From IMG/VR virus record IMGVR_UViG_3300049433_000291: a stretch of DNA of 64,000 nt; one strand, 5' to 3'. Shown here one piece after another: positions 7,955 through 18,227 of the stretch; position 1 is the first letter of the stretch, and every line of letters begins with the position of its first letter. Origin of the DNA: an uncultured virus (IMG/VR IMGVR_UViG_3300049433_000291) (Duplodnaviria > Heunggongvirae > Uroviricota > Caudoviricetes). The translations under genes were made by a program, and so were the position numbers. The notes below the pieces were generated by a model. That model was not told the DNA's origin. It did not search any database and saw nothing but the letters and a program-made list of their open reading frames with translations.

Positions 7955-10468
7955 TCAACAGCGACTACGTCCGCAATCGCGGCAAACGTAGCAGCCTCCA
8001 GAAAACTCTACCTGTCCTCCGCATTCGACGCATTTTCCGATCATGCTGTGCATGCCCTTTGCCTGTTTTGACTGGATATGTGGTGTAGTTTTATTAGCTC
8101 GCGCAGAGTCCATCTGCCCGGCTAAGCGGCGTTGCATGATGAGTAGGCATTCAGCGATGGCTTGCTCAGGAGAAGTAAGCAGCCGTTGGTTGAACCAGAC
8201 GGAATGAGTGCCGGTGGTAGTGTCGAGCATGTGTGCGACTTCCTTGACGTGAAAGCCCCCGCGCAGCATTTTCGAGGCTAGTTTCCCAACGCTTGATGAG
8301 ATTGGTCCAGTGACAAATATTTCCTGGATTTGCTTACCGTTGTGATTAACAGTCACGTAGAGTCTTTGACCGTCGAATTCAATCTGCCAGGTTGAGCCGG
8401 AAAGTTCCTTGGGGCGGTCCTCTCGGTCGGGAGCCCAATCGATCACTGTAACCGTTTCCGGGAATTCGGAAAGTGATGGGATGGGATCTGCGATCGTTTC
8501 CTCGGGCTGCGCGGCCTTTTTCATGCTGGTGAGGACCTGTTCGTCGCGAGAGCCGTCGCGATAGTAACTGACGGCTTTGCAGCCGAGTTGTCGAGCGAGC
8601 ATGTATAGCTTGCTTACCGATTCAAGCGTGTCGTCTTTTGCACCGTTGCAGGTCTTGGAAACAGAGTTGTCTACATTGCGCTGGGCGGCTGCGAGTACCT
8701 GTACATGTTGCTCGGAGCTGATGTCCATCGCCGAAATGAAGTGCGCGGGAAGCTTGTTTAAGTGTTCGACAACGTAGCCGGCGGCGCGCTCGATTGAGTC
8801 CTGGTCTGTCTGGTCTACATGGACTCCGAGGGCCTCGGCGGCGAGGGGATGTACGTAGGTGCGAGTACCAATAGTGTCTTTGCGGACATAGGCCCAGGAA
8901 AAGTTTGGCTCTACGCCACTCGATGTTTCGGCAACGAGCGAGATTGTGCCTGTAGGTGCGCAGGTGGTTGTCTCGTAGTTGCGAGGAGTTAAAGGTACTT
9001 CGGGCGAAATTCCAATAGTGTCGTAGATAAATTCCTGGTAGGCCGACCGGTTCTCTTCAAATTCGGGGAAAGCGCCTTTTTCCAAGCCGAGATGAAGACT
9101 CTTATTCCAGGCTTCATAGCGTACAAAGCCCATGACCTCGTGCATAAGTTCGCAGGATTCCGGAGAGCCATAAGTGATACCGAGTTTCAAACAAAGGTCG
9201 GCGAAGCCCATGATACCGAGCCCCACAGGTCGAGTGCGCTTGACGGTGTCTTCGATTTCAGGGAGTGGCCAGGTGCAAGTATCAATAACGTTATCCAGAA
9301 ACTGCGTGCTGGTGTGGACGACGTGGCGGAGGTGGTTCCAGTTGATATTGCGGCGACCGCGGCTGTCGGTGTCGTGAAACTTGCTGACGTCGATCGAGCC
9401 AAGATTGCAGGAGTTGTTGGCGTGCAGGAATTGTTCGCCGCAAGGGTTACACGAGTAGATCGGTCCCATTGAGGCCATCAAATGGTTGTGGCGATTTACT
9501 TCGTCGATGAAGGCGATCCCGGGTTCGGCATACTTGTGCGCGCTGGCAAGAATGCGATTCCAAATGTCGCGGGCATAGATCATTCCTGGGCCGGGAGGCG
9601 TGACTTTCTTGTATCGGGTCAGGTCCTGTTTAAGGAAAGCGTCACGGTCGCAAAAGACTAGTGGGTCCGGTGCGAAGCATGGGAAGTTATCTTCGCGAAC
9701 GTAAATGGCGTAGTCGTCATCGGCGACAGGATCATAGATCGCCTGGGTCCATGGTCTACTATCGAACTCGAGTTGAAACCATTCGTTGTTATCAACGGCG
9801 GCGAGAAAGTTGTCCGTGACGTTGACCGAGATATTGAAGTTAACTAGGGAGTGCTGATCGTTCTTGGCGTGGATAAAGCGGAGAATGTCGGGGTGGGTGA
9901 CTCGCATCATTCCCATATTCGCGCCGCGGCGAACTCCCCCTTGTTTCACGACATCGGTTACTTGATTGACGATGTTCATGAAAGAAACGGGCCCGGAGGC
10001 GGTGCCGTGTCTCAGGCTGACGGTGGCGCCTGCGGGGCGTAGCGACTCGTAAGTCATGCCGGTGCCGCCGCCGGTTTGATGAATCATCGCGGTAACCTTG
10101 GCATGGTCCATGATGCCGGCAATGGAGTCGGGAATTTCGAGAACAAAGCAAGCGGCAAGCTGGCCATTGTCGCGGCCGGCATTCACGAGGCAGGGAGTGT
10201 TGGGCAAAAACTCACGGTTGAGCATGATCTCTGTCATGGCTTGATGAAATTCGCGGTGCTTTGTCGTGTTCGTTTCAGCCTTTGAGACGTGATCGACAAC
10301 GCGCTTGACAATATCGGGCCATTCTTCGGTAGGTTTACCCTGCAGATCTTTTACCGAGTAACGCTTGCTTGCTACTTTCCTTGCGTTAAGGCCGAGGGTG
10401 CGCGATTTGACTTGTCTCTCAGTGGGAGTGAAAGAGGCCTCAGGGGTTTGCTCGATGACGGTACTCAT
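7955..10468 (-). CDS. nrdJ: Class II (adenosylcobalamin-dependent) ribonucleotide reductase with TSCPD-like domain and C-terminal Zn ribbon
   Basis: FLPNTPCL.NAG, QLAACFV, GGGTG, VKQGGVRRGANMG, NPCGE, APTGTIS, SVSKT, YYRDGSR; C-terminal CxxC...CxxC..SRC; no beta-subunit gene nearby. Confidence 0.93.
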   Translation of the reverse strand: MSTVIEQTPEASFTPTERQVKSRTLGLNARKVASKRYSVKDLQGKPTEEWPDIVKRVVDHVSKAETNTTKHREFHQAMTEIMLNREFLPNTPCLVNAGRDNGQLAACFVLEIPDSIAGIMDHAKVTAMIHQTGGGTGMTYESLRPAGATVSLRHGTASGPVSFMNIVNQVTDVVKQGGVRRGANMGMMRVTHPDILRFIHAKNDQHSLVNFNISVNVTDNFLAAVDNNEWFQLEFDSRPWTQAIYDPVADDDYAIYVREDNFPCFAPDPLVFCDRDAFLKQDLTRYKKVTPPGPGMIYARDIWNRILASAHKYAEPGIAFIDEVNRHNHLMASMGPIYSCNPCGEQFLHANNSCNLGSIDVSKFHDTDSRGRRNINWNHLRHVVHTSTQFLDNVIDTCTWPLPEIEDTVKRTRPVGLGIMGFADLCLKLGITYGSPESCELMHEVMGFVRYEAWNKSLHLGLEKGAFPEFEENRSAYQEFIYDTIGISPEVPLTPRNYETTTCAPTGTISLVAETSSGVEPNFSWAYVRKDTIGTRTYVHPLAAEALGVHVDQTDQDSIERAAGYVVEHLNKLPAHFISAMDISSEQHVQVLAAAQRNVDNSVSKTCNGAKDDTLESVSKLYMLARQLGCKAVSYYRDGSRDEQVLTSMKKAAQPEETIADPIPSLSEFPETVTVIDWAPDREDRPKELSGSTWQIEFDGQRLYVTVNHNGKQIQEIFVTGPISSSVGKLASKMLRGGFHVKEVAHMLDTTTGTHSVWFNQRLLTSPEQAIAECLLIMQRRLAGQMDSARANKTTPHIQSKQAKGMHSMIGKCVECGGQVEFSGGCYVCRDCGRSRC

Positions 10469-10489
10469 ACTTTTCTAGTTACTTTCCCT

Positions 10490-11080
10490 TTAGCTGGCTG
10501 CCGTTTGTGGTTGCGAGACGTATTGCTCAGCTTGTGGGTGGTAGCTGCCCGCCCTTTTTCTGTCCAGGTCGTGATCGATGATGGTTATTGATCCGTTACA
10601 CCTCGGATAATCCTCGCATCCGAAGAATTGTTGTTGATTGTCGCGGCGTTCGCGCAAGACAAGAGGCTTTTTGCAGTTTCGGCATCTCGGGCGCTGGTTG
10701 ACGAGAACGAGTGCTTCACCGGAAGCGCGCCTGAGTCGACGACGCCAGTTCCCGGTCATGCGGAGATCTCCAGACCACATTTTTATAACCTCGCTGCCGT
10801 TGGCGGTGAGGTCCGGGTTTTTGCTGTCATCAAAGACTGAAATGTTGATGGTGGCTCCGTCAACGTTCGGATAAATTCGCGCGCTGAGATTGGTTTTTGT
10901 GACTCGGTAGATCCAGTGATAGCCGTGCTCGGTATCCTGCAGCCGGCGGTAGTTCGGCGGTAGGTTGTATTCAATCGCACGGAAGACAGACGGCAATGGC
11001 GAGTATTGCCGCTGTGTTGTGGTGGGTGGTCCAGCGACTGTGGCTGCGTTGTCGGGTAGAGTTTGTTCAGAAGCTACCAT
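10490..11080 (-). CDS. Protein with topoisomerase-type C4 zinc finger
   Basis: RCRNCKKPLVLR...FFGCEDYPRC. Confidence 0.8.
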   Translation of the reverse strand: MVASEQTLPDNAATVAGPPTTTQRQYSPLPSVFRAIEYNLPPNYRRLQDTEHGYHWIYRVTKTNLSARIYPNVDGATINISVFDDSKNPDLTANGSEVIKMWSGDLRMTGNWRRRLRRASGEALVLVNQRPRCRNCKKPLVLRERRDNQQQFFGCEDYPRCNGSITIIDHDLDRKRAGSYHPQAEQYVSQPQTAAS

Positions 11081-11106
11081 AGTGATTTCTTACCTCTCGC
11101 CAGCCG

Positions 11107-13203
11107 TTAGTAACGTTGGCGCATTCCTTCTTCGATACGGCGGTCCATATCCCTGGCTACGCCGCTGACAATGGTTGAGATTTCGCGGAGATGGGCGGCC
11201 TCGAGATTCGCGTCTTTGATTTGGCCGGCGGCAGTTGTAGTACTGCCGAACTGAACCTGGTTGGCTTGCACTTCAAGGGAGTACGCCTGATCGATTCCGG
11301 CTTTGGATATAGCTGCGCCACGGTTAGCGCCGCCGGCGGCGGTTTCGGCTCCGGCATTGATGGCCGATACGTTGCCATCGAGCTGTGCCTTGGTGGCGGT
11401 TTCCATGTCGCTCTGATAGGTGAACTGACTTTTTTGTACGGTGTTCGCGGTGGCTGTTTCGTTCTGTATGGTGTTGGTGGAAAACTCGTTGTTAGCTCGG
11501 TTGAGGTTGCGGGTTCTGTTGCCCACGGCAACGTTCCCGAATAGGGGATTGATAACGCCAGTGCCGGCATAGGGGATCGCGGTGGATGCGCCGCCCCAGA
11601 TTTCCTGCTTGCGAGCCCTTGCTTCGCTGGCTATGCGGACCGACTCTGCGCCCTGAGAGATGCCAGTCTGCGTGTTGGCTTGGTTGGCGCGGGCCCACAT
11701 TTGACGATTAGTATCGGCAACCTGTGCGTGTGTGGCGGCGACGGTGAAGTTAGCACTTGATTGGGCCATGCCTCGCGCTGTCTGAGCGCCGCCGGAAATT
11801 GCCGCCAGAGTCGCTTGTCTGTTCCCTTCAATGTTTGCGTGTCCGGAAATCTGTCTTGCGTTGGCGCCGAGGTTAGAGGCATCGAGCGAACCTTTAGCTC
11901 TGGTCATTTCAGCTTGGTATCCGCCCTGGGTTTGTGTGTTCTCTGCCTGGCGCTGTAATGCCGCCCCTGTTTTCAGGCCGGTGAATTCGACAGCTGAGCC
12001 GATGATTGCGGCCATCCATCCGGAGGCGGTGCTCGAAACAGCCTCGAAGAGCTGGCCGGTGGCGATGCGATAGGCCAGGTATGGGGAGAGCCAAAGCATC
12101 ATGCCGTTGATGAGCATGATGCAGAGCGTGACGATAATTATCAGAGTGGGATCGTACGCATTGTTCTTGATGATCTGTGAGGTACGCTCGTCGATTGTGT
12201 AAGGAGCGGCGCCGTCATAGAGCGATAGTCCAAAACTGCCGACCGTATACGCGATGAAGGTGAGAGTGTCGCGCACAACCGGGAAGATCATTGTAAAGAC
12301 GACGGTTCCCCAGATGAATGGGTAGGAGATTCGTTCGGCGAGTTTTTTGTCGACGGCGACGGCGACCATGAAGGGCACTGCGAGCCGGAGCCCGATCATG
12401 ATGAAGCCGCTTAATACAAGAAGGAATATCTCTCCTGCCTGAAGGATGCCTCGCGCAAGGTTAAGGCCGAAGAAAAGCTTAGGCATGGACCATGAGGTCA
12501 TGTCGGTAGCGCCTTCCATAGCTTTCAAGCCGTTGAGCTTGCCGTCGCCGGATTCGTGATCAGTGAGGATACCGACCCAGCCGTATTCGCCGGGCTCGAT
12601 ATAGGCTGGTTGAATGAAAACGTTCTTTTCGTCTTTGATGATGAAGTGGCCCTGCACAAACGCGTAGTACTGATCGTTGAAGGCGGTGCGCTTTTCCTCG
12701 ATCATGGGCTCGATCGGGATAGTTAATGTGCGGCCGATCTTATAGAGAGTAGAAATTGCGGCAGGCGCAATCGCAAAGAGGGCCATGCAAAAAACGGCGC
12801 GGCCAAACCAGTAATAGAGCTCGCTCGAAGCGCCGTCGTTTTCCCGAATGGTTCTGATAAAGGAAAAGAGAAGGACGATGCTGGCAAGGATCATTGCCAG
12901 GAAGCTGAATTTTTCTAGGAGCGGTTTTTCTATCTGTCGCCGCATGTAAGGAACGAGTTCTCGCACGAGGTTCATCAGGGTGACCATCTGTGCGCTTGGT
13001 TGGCCGGCTTCCCAAGGAGGCGATGGAGGCGATGGAGTCGATGCAGGCGGCGGCGTAGCGGACTGGGATGGGTCGCCATTGCCTTGAGCAAAACAGGGTG
13101 GTGTGAGGATGAACAGAATGATTGTGAGTAACACAATGGTCGCAACGCGAATCGGGTGGCGCCAGGGATTAGGTTTAGCTGTAGTTGGCTGTAGGACTGT
13201 CAT
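11107..13203 (-). CDS. VirB6/TrbL-like polytopic membrane protein with Ala/Gly/Gln-rich tail
   Basis: Several hydrophobic helices, low-complexity C-terminus, downstream of VirB4 and the VirB5-like gene. Confidence 0.65.
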   Translation of the reverse strand: MTVLQPTTAKPNPWRHPIRVATIVLLTIILFILTPPCFAQGNGDPSQSATPPPASTPSPPSPPWEAGQPSAQMVTLMNLVRELVPYMRRQIEKPLLEKFSFLAMILASIVLLFSFIRTIRENDGASSELYYWFGRAVFCMALFAIAPAAISTLYKIGRTLTIPIEPMIEEKRTAFNDQYYAFVQGHFIIKDEKNVFIQPAYIEPGEYGWVGILTDHESGDGKLNGLKAMEGATDMTSWSMPKLFFGLNLARGILQAGEIFLLVLSGFIMIGLRLAVPFMVAVAVDKKLAERISYPFIWGTVVFTMIFPVVRDTLTFIAYTVGSFGLSLYDGAAPYTIDERTSQIIKNNAYDPTLIIIVTLCIMLINGMMLWLSPYLAYRIATGQLFEAVSSTASGWMAAIIGSAVEFTGLKTGAALQRQAENTQTQGGYQAEMTRAKGSLDASNLGANARQISGHANIEGNRQATLAAISGGAQTARGMAQSSANFTVAATHAQVADTNRQMWARANQANTQTGISQGAESVRIASEARARKQEIWGGASTAIPYAGTGVINPLFGNVAVGNRTRNLNRANNEFSTNTIQNETATANTVQKSQFTYQSDMETATKAQLDGNVSAINAGAETAAGGANRGAAISKAGIDQAYSLEVQANQVQFGSTTTAAGQIKDANLEAAHLREISTIVSGVARDMDRRIEEGMRQRY

Positions 13204-13265
13204 CCTTGTTCTTCTTGAATCTGCTTACGTTGTTCGCTGTCGGTGTATGTCCGCGAGGTGTCTGC

Positions 13266-14177
13266 CTAGTTATTACCGTCTGCGGGATCGTCGTCGATGC
13301 CTTCGTCCTTTTCGAATGTCTTGTCGATTTCGTCGAGGATGTCTTTACGTACCGGGACCGTAGCCTCCCAGGCTTTGTTTGTTTGGTGGACCTGTTGGCC
13401 GTAGTCGGCACGGGTCTCAAGCTGAATGCCGTACTGTTGAGTTTTAGCGGCGAGCTTTTCTGTTAGGTCGTTGATTTGAGTTTTGATCTGTTCGATCTGA
13501 ATCTTGGTGTTAGAGATTTGAGTTTGAATGATGCCGAGTGAATGGCGCTCGTCCTCAGGCTTGGCCATCTCGGTGGTTAGCATGTCTTCATACTGTTTGA
13601 GAACGGCTTGCGCTTCGGCGAGACGGCCGTAGGCGTTTTGGAGTTCGTAACGCAGACGCTCGAACTCGTTGTCCATATTTGCGAGACGTTCGATGTTGGC
13701 TATGGTGTCTTGTGAGGCGCGGCCAATGGAGTTGCGGAGGTACTCTTCGAGATCCTGCAGATCTTGTTGCGGGTTAAAGATTCCCGCTTTGAGTCTTGAT
13801 TCGAGGGAGCGCACGGCGCGGATACGGCATTGGACCATGTTTTCAATTTGCCGTTTAAGCATGTAGATCTGGCGCACGGTTTGCCCGATACTCGCGATGC
13901 TGGATACGAGGCTCTTGTTACGAGCTAGTTGCTTGTCGATGGTGGTGAGGATGCCTCCCAGACTGGTGACCTGCTTCACGGCTTTGTCATACATCTGGGA
14001 GTAGTGCTCTAGGGTCTGGAGCCAGAAATCGATCTCTTTGGCGAACTCCTGGATCTTGAGCGCGTACGCTATTGGGTCGTGAGTGATCCATTGGGCCTTG
14101 GCTGGCTGGGCCGGGGTGATGATGAGGCCGAGGAGTAGGCCGATGAGGAGTTGTTTGGTGAATGGTAGATGGCGCAT
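13266..14177 (-). CDS. VirB5/TrbJ-like secreted coiled-coil protein
   Basis: Signal peptide ending AKA-QWITHDP, resembling TrbJ/VirB5 N-termini; coiled coil. Confidence 0.65.
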   Translation of the reverse strand: MRHLPFTKQLLIGLLLGLIITPAQPAKAQWITHDPIAYALKIQEFAKEIDFWLQTLEHYSQMYDKAVKQVTSLGGILTTIDKQLARNKSLVSSIASIGQTVRQIYMLKRQIENMVQCRIRAVRSLESRLKAGIFNPQQDLQDLEEYLRNSIGRASQDTIANIERLANMDNEFERLRYELQNAYGRLAEAQAVLKQYEDMLTTEMAKPEDERHSLGIIQTQISNTKIQIEQIKTQINDLTEKLAAKTQQYGIQLETRADYGQQVHQTNKAWEATVPVRKDILDEIDKTFEKDEGIDDDPADGNN

Positions 14178-14211
14178 TTGCAGGTGTACCTCTTCCGGAA
14201 GTTCGGTCTGT

Positions 14212-17058
14212 TCAAGCTACTCGTAATTCGTTGGTTAGTTCGGACTCGTCGATGTTAGTGAGCCCTTGGGCGGTCAGGCCTCGCGGATAGCGTTCTGCGA
14301 GCCAGGCGATGACTACAGCCATGGGCCACATGGGTTTAATGCTCTGAACCCGAGCGCGTGCGTTGCGCTCGTCGGGATTGGTGGTGAAGGTCCAGAGTTC
14401 GCTTGGAGAGAGATCGATCTGGAGCATCTCGACAACTTTGTCCTGCCCGGAGCCAAAGACGCCGAGGAATTGGGCGTGTTCGCCGGGTACGTTCTTTATC
14501 CCTTCAATGCAGGCATGAGCTGCGGGCGACAGACCGGTTTCGGTAATTAGCCTGGTGTAGTCGCCAACCTGCTTGCCGATAAGCTTGACGCCGGCGGTTT
14601 TGGCGAGAGCGACGCCGATCGGGTTAGGAACATCCCTGCTTCCGGTAAAGTCCTCGTAAGCATGGGAAGCGAGCAAGGTGACAGCGTTTTCCTTACCGCC
14701 GGTGCGGGCGGCGCGTTCAATGACGTCGAGAATGAGAGGGTAGTGTTTTACCACTTCCCACATTTCATCAAAGGCGAGTAGGACCGGAGACCGAGTACCG
14801 TCCACGTTCAGGCGGCCAATGGAACGCATCACGTGCGCGGCGATGCGGAAAGCCATTGACTGCCGCACGCGATCGGGCAGGTTTTGCAGCGAGTCGATTT
14901 CATAAACATCGAGTTGGGATTCAGCGAGGAAGTCGGCGTGCGTGGGCGCGTCAATCCACGAGTCATCTCTAAATGATTCGAGCGAGATGCGCAGAAGTTC
15001 TGAGCGATCCCGTGCAACCTTCTCTTTGAAAGGAACAACCTTCAAGAGGTCGAGCAAGTGTGAGAGTCGAGGTTCATGTTTTTGACGGCCGGGACGATTG
15101 CGCGGCACTTGGTTTTTATAAACCTCGTCCACGAGCAGCATCAGGATATCTTCCGCTATCGTGTCGTTAGCCCGAGCCAGGTGCATGAGATCGGCAACCA
15201 CGAAAGTCTTTTGTAGGTCGTCTGGCATTTCCCCGCGCTCGAGGCCAGGGTAGTCCCAGGTATTGATAGTGCGGGTGCCTTGATCGAAGCGGAGGTAACG
15301 GCCGTGTAGTACTTCGACGAGCGGGGCGAGCGATTTTCCGTAGTCAACGGCGCGCACACGGACATTCGCTTTTGTGGCGAGCACGTCGTTAATGATCCGG
15401 CACATGAGCACGGATTTACCGGCGCGTGGTTGGGCGATTAGCAGAACCAGTGGGCTGGTAACGAGATTACGGTCGTAGAGGTTGAAGCCGGTTAGGTGCC
15501 CGGTGGGAGTCGAGCAGATCGTATGCGGGTCCGGGCTTCCGGACCACGCTGATTCAGTGGGAGTGAGTGGGGCTAGGGAATCGGTTGTTTCGAGTATCTC
15601 GCGACCGGTCTGCTGGTTATTGAGTTCGCCGACGAGAGCCCGATGATAAACGGCGCGCAGGGCCGCGGGTTCTTCGCGGTTGGCTTCAGCTCCGGGGATA
15701 CGGCGAATCGCGGTAACGAGTTGTTCGCAGTAGCGGTCAAGGTTGCGGAGCGAGATTCGGAGATCGTCTTTATTCGTGGCGGCCTCGCTGTAGATGACGG
15801 CATAGAAGCGGGCTTTGACGAGAGCCTCGGTGTCACCGGTGATCTCTTCACGCACATGGGAAAGCTGGCCCATTGCTTTCCGGCCCTCGAAGGTGCCGTG
15901 GCGGCTGGTTATATTGGCACGGCTCACCTGGCGAATGCGTTTGTCGAGGCGCTTACGTACTTTGTCCTGATCGAGGTAGACGTATTCGGTGATGACGTTA
16001 TGGCGAAAGTTCAGCTCAGGATTGGTGGTGAGGACACGCATGCAGTCGGCGAAGATGTGGGGCTGGGGTGGAACAAACATGGAGACGACGGCTGCCGGGT
16101 AATTACCGTGCATGACAAAGTGGCCGTCGCCGGCGATTGTCTCTCCTGATAGGTAGTCACGAATGTCGCGGCCCGGAACATCTGGAAGGATGGGGGCAGT
16201 GTTTGAGTTTTGACGGTGGCCCAGGTAGACGGCTTCCCACAGTTCTTTTCGCGTGAAAGGCTGGAGACGCAGCGGGCTTTGGTGCTCAATCAGGCGGAAG
16301 GTCTTTTCCGCCTCATCTATTGCCTGCTGTTCGTCAGCAATGGTGCGGCGTGTAATACGGTCATTACTGGTTTCGCGTAGTGTATGGAGTAGCGCGCCTA
16401 TGAAGCCTAGTAGTCCACGCATTGCGATTTCCCGTTTGAGCGTGGGAAAGAAGCATCCGAGTCCGATACGGCTTTCGTCGTTGTGGTGTTTTACGGGTAC
16501 GCGAACCCACGCTGACAAGGTGTGCTGCTTAAAGGCGCCGCCAATAGCGGCGTCCTCGTAGAAGCAGATGCCCATTGTGTGTAGTAACCCAGCGAGTGGA
16601 GCGATATCGTTTTCGTCGCGTGAGCGAAGGTGACGCTGGATGGCGCGTCCGGGATCGGGATTCGCGGATAAGCGAAATTGGATGATGGTGTCAGGCGGTT
16701 TTCTAGACGCGAGCAGGCGGGCGAGCTCGTTGATGCGGCGTTCTATCAGATGGGCTTCGCCAAAGATCGTGTTGTTGAGTGCGACGTGATAGGCCTTAGT
16801 GAAGCTGCCGTCGGTATGGCGGAGCAAGGCGCCGGAGAGGTCCATGATTGAGGAATCGCGGCGGCGGCCGGCAGGGCGCGGAAGCAGTTGAATGCGGGTT
16901 TGGTCCTGCCTAATCCGGGCCTCGGTTTGGCTTGTAGGCATTTTCGCTAGGTCGCGTTTTGCGCGGCTGGCGAGCGGTATGAGTCTGAGCCCTACGGTGA
17001 TGCCGATGGCTGTCAGAACGACGGCTGCGGCAATGATGGTGATGGTTGTGGCATCCAC
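14212..17058 (-). CDS. virB4: VirB4-like conjugative ATPase
   Basis: 948 aa; Walker A variant AQPRAGKS, VDYGKS, Walker B LAFDEMW; follows pilin- and VirB3-like genes. Confidence 0.85.
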   Translation of the reverse strand: MDATTITIIAAAVVLTAIGITVGLRLIPLASRAKRDLAKMPTSQTEARIRQDQTRIQLLPRPAGRRRDSSIMDLSGALLRHTDGSFTKAYHVALNNTIFGEAHLIERRINELARLLASRKPPDTIIQFRLSANPDPGRAIQRHLRSRDENDIAPLAGLLHTMGICFYEDAAIGGAFKQHTLSAWVRVPVKHHNDESRIGLGCFFPTLKREIAMRGLLGFIGALLHTLRETSNDRITRRTIADEQQAIDEAEKTFRLIEHQSPLRLQPFTRKELWEAVYLGHRQNSNTAPILPDVPGRDIRDYLSGETIAGDGHFVMHGNYPAAVVSMFVPPQPHIFADCMRVLTTNPELNFRHNVITEYVYLDQDKVRKRLDKRIRQVSRANITSRHGTFEGRKAMGQLSHVREEITGDTEALVKARFYAVIYSEAATNKDDLRISLRNLDRYCEQLVTAIRRIPGAEANREEPAALRAVYHRALVGELNNQQTGREILETTDSLAPLTPTESAWSGSPDPHTICSTPTGHLTGFNLYDRNLVTSPLVLLIAQPRAGKSVLMCRIINDVLATKANVRVRAVDYGKSLAPLVEVLHGRYLRFDQGTRTINTWDYPGLERGEMPDDLQKTFVVADLMHLARANDTIAEDILMLLVDEVYKNQVPRNRPGRQKHEPRLSHLLDLLKVVPFKEKVARDRSELLRISLESFRDDSWIDAPTHADFLAESQLDVYEIDSLQNLPDRVRQSMAFRIAAHVMRSIGRLNVDGTRSPVLLAFDEMWEVVKHYPLILDVIERAARTGGKENAVTLLASHAYEDFTGSRDVPNPIGVALAKTAGVKLIGKQVGDYTRLITETGLSPAAHACIEGIKNVPGEHAQFLGVFGSGQDKVVEMLQIDLSPSELWTFTTNPDERNARARVQSIKPMWPMAVVIAWLAERYPRGLTAQGLTNIDESELTNELRVA

Positions 17059-17126
17059 GGCAATTTTCTCTCTCCACCGATCAATCTACTCTTGGACAAT
17101 TTAGTTTTGCTCGCCGTTACTCCTCA

Positions 17127-17456
17127 CTACTGATTTGGGAGCAGCCACGGGCGCTCTTTCTGATCAGTCGGGAGAGCGTGCCGGTGGCGTGATGCTGTTG
17201 TTAGTGCCACAGCCTGGTGTTGTAACCAGAAGGGGCGGCGGCCTATGCGTACGAAATTAAAAAAAGCAACTGAACCGACGAGGCCGATGACGCAGGTCCA
17301 TATCTCAAGCGGGAAGCGCATCAGCTTCATGTTGAATAAGAAAGGAATGCTGTAGCAGAGCAGAGTAATGAAGATGACGAACTTCCAGTCAGCGTCCGTT
17401 ACTCCGAAGCGCACTACGGGAAGATAGATCTGTGAACGTATTGGTCTTGCTCGCAT
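17127..17456 (-). CDS. VirB3-like small membrane protein
   Basis: Two TM helices; lies between pilin-like gene and VirB4. Confidence 0.55.
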   Translation of the reverse strand: MRARPIRSQIYLPVVRFGVTDADWKFVIFITLLCYSIPFLFNMKLMRFPLEIWTCVIGLVGSVAFFNFVRIGRRPFWLQHQAVALTTASRHRHALPTDQKERPWLLPNQ

Positions 17457-17523
17457 TGGCTCTCCAACCTTCCTCTCACCCTTCTCTTAAAAAAAGTGTC
17501 CTCTTTAAATGTTGTGAGGTTTC

Positions 17524-17988
17524 TCAGTTGCCGAGATCGGTATCGAGATTCACGGCATTACCTTGCGAGAACGAGTAAGCGAGGCTGGCGATTGAGCCGA
17601 AGGCAAAGCAGAAGACTCCGCCCAGCGCTTGCTTGGTCCAGTTTTTCTCGGTCATGTAGTTGACTGCTGCCCACATAAGGCCGCCGATGCCGAGAAGGAA
17701 GAGCAGGTTTCTTCCCCACTTGATGATCTCCCTGACGCCATTGCCGAGCGTTTGGTCATTGCCGCCGAAGATGGTCCCGCCTCCGGGTCCCTGAGCCATC
17801 GCGCTGACGGCCGTCAGCGAAAAGATCGCGACCATAGCAAGCAGCGGCGCGAGTGCATTAAGAATGACGCTTGCTTGAATCAGCCGACGGCTGGTACGAG
17901 CTGCGGGTGAACAGGTCAGAAGGTGTTGATCGATTTCCACCGTGTTCGCTTGTGAGCGAAGCCAGTTGCGGAAGGTGTTAGGTCTCAT
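17524..17988 (-). CDS. VirB2/TrbC-like pilin
   Basis: Long leader ending SAMAQ, two hydrophobic helices, first gene of operon with GAGGAG RBS. Confidence 0.65.
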   Translation of the reverse strand: MRPNTFRNWLRSQANTVEIDQHLLTCSPAARTSRRLIQASVILNALAPLLAMVAIFSLTAVSAMAQGPGGGTIFGGNDQTLGNGVREIIKWGRNLLFLLGIGGLMWAAVNYMTEKNWTKQALGGVFCFAFGSIASLAYSFSQGNAVNLDTDLGN

Positions 17989-18099
17989 GATTTACTCCTC
18001 AAAAAGAAATTCAGGTTTTTGGAATCAGGTTTTCCAGGTTTCGCTTAGTCGCTTGAGGTTTCCTCTGTCGCCTCAGGCGGCTTGTCGGTTCGGGCTTAC

Positions 18100-18115
18100 T
18101 ACAAAGACTGTGCCA
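18100..18115 (-). promoter_or_regulatory. Sigma54-like promoter of the pilin/VirB4 operon
   Basis: TGGCAC-AGTCT-TTGTA. Confidence 0.5.
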
Positions 18116-18170
18116 AAAACTTTTAAGCGGCAGTAAGAGATCCTAGCTCCTTCTTACGCGTGAGGAATCG

Positions 18171-18186
18171 CGGCATTGCTCTTGCA
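18171..18186 (+). promoter_or_regulatory. Sigma54-like promoter of the transglycosylase/VirD4 operon
   Basis: CGGCAT-TGCTC-TTGCA with exact GG-N10-GC spacing, 41 bp upstream of ATG 18228. Confidence 0.55.
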
Positions 18187-18227
18187 CAAGAGTTGAAATT
18201 GAGCGGAGCTGGAGGCTCGATCCCTTT

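Noticed and set aside
9580..9770. Insertion in NrdJ as an intein
   Set aside because: Only ~55 aa, with no Cys/Ser start and His-Asn end and no endonuclease motifs
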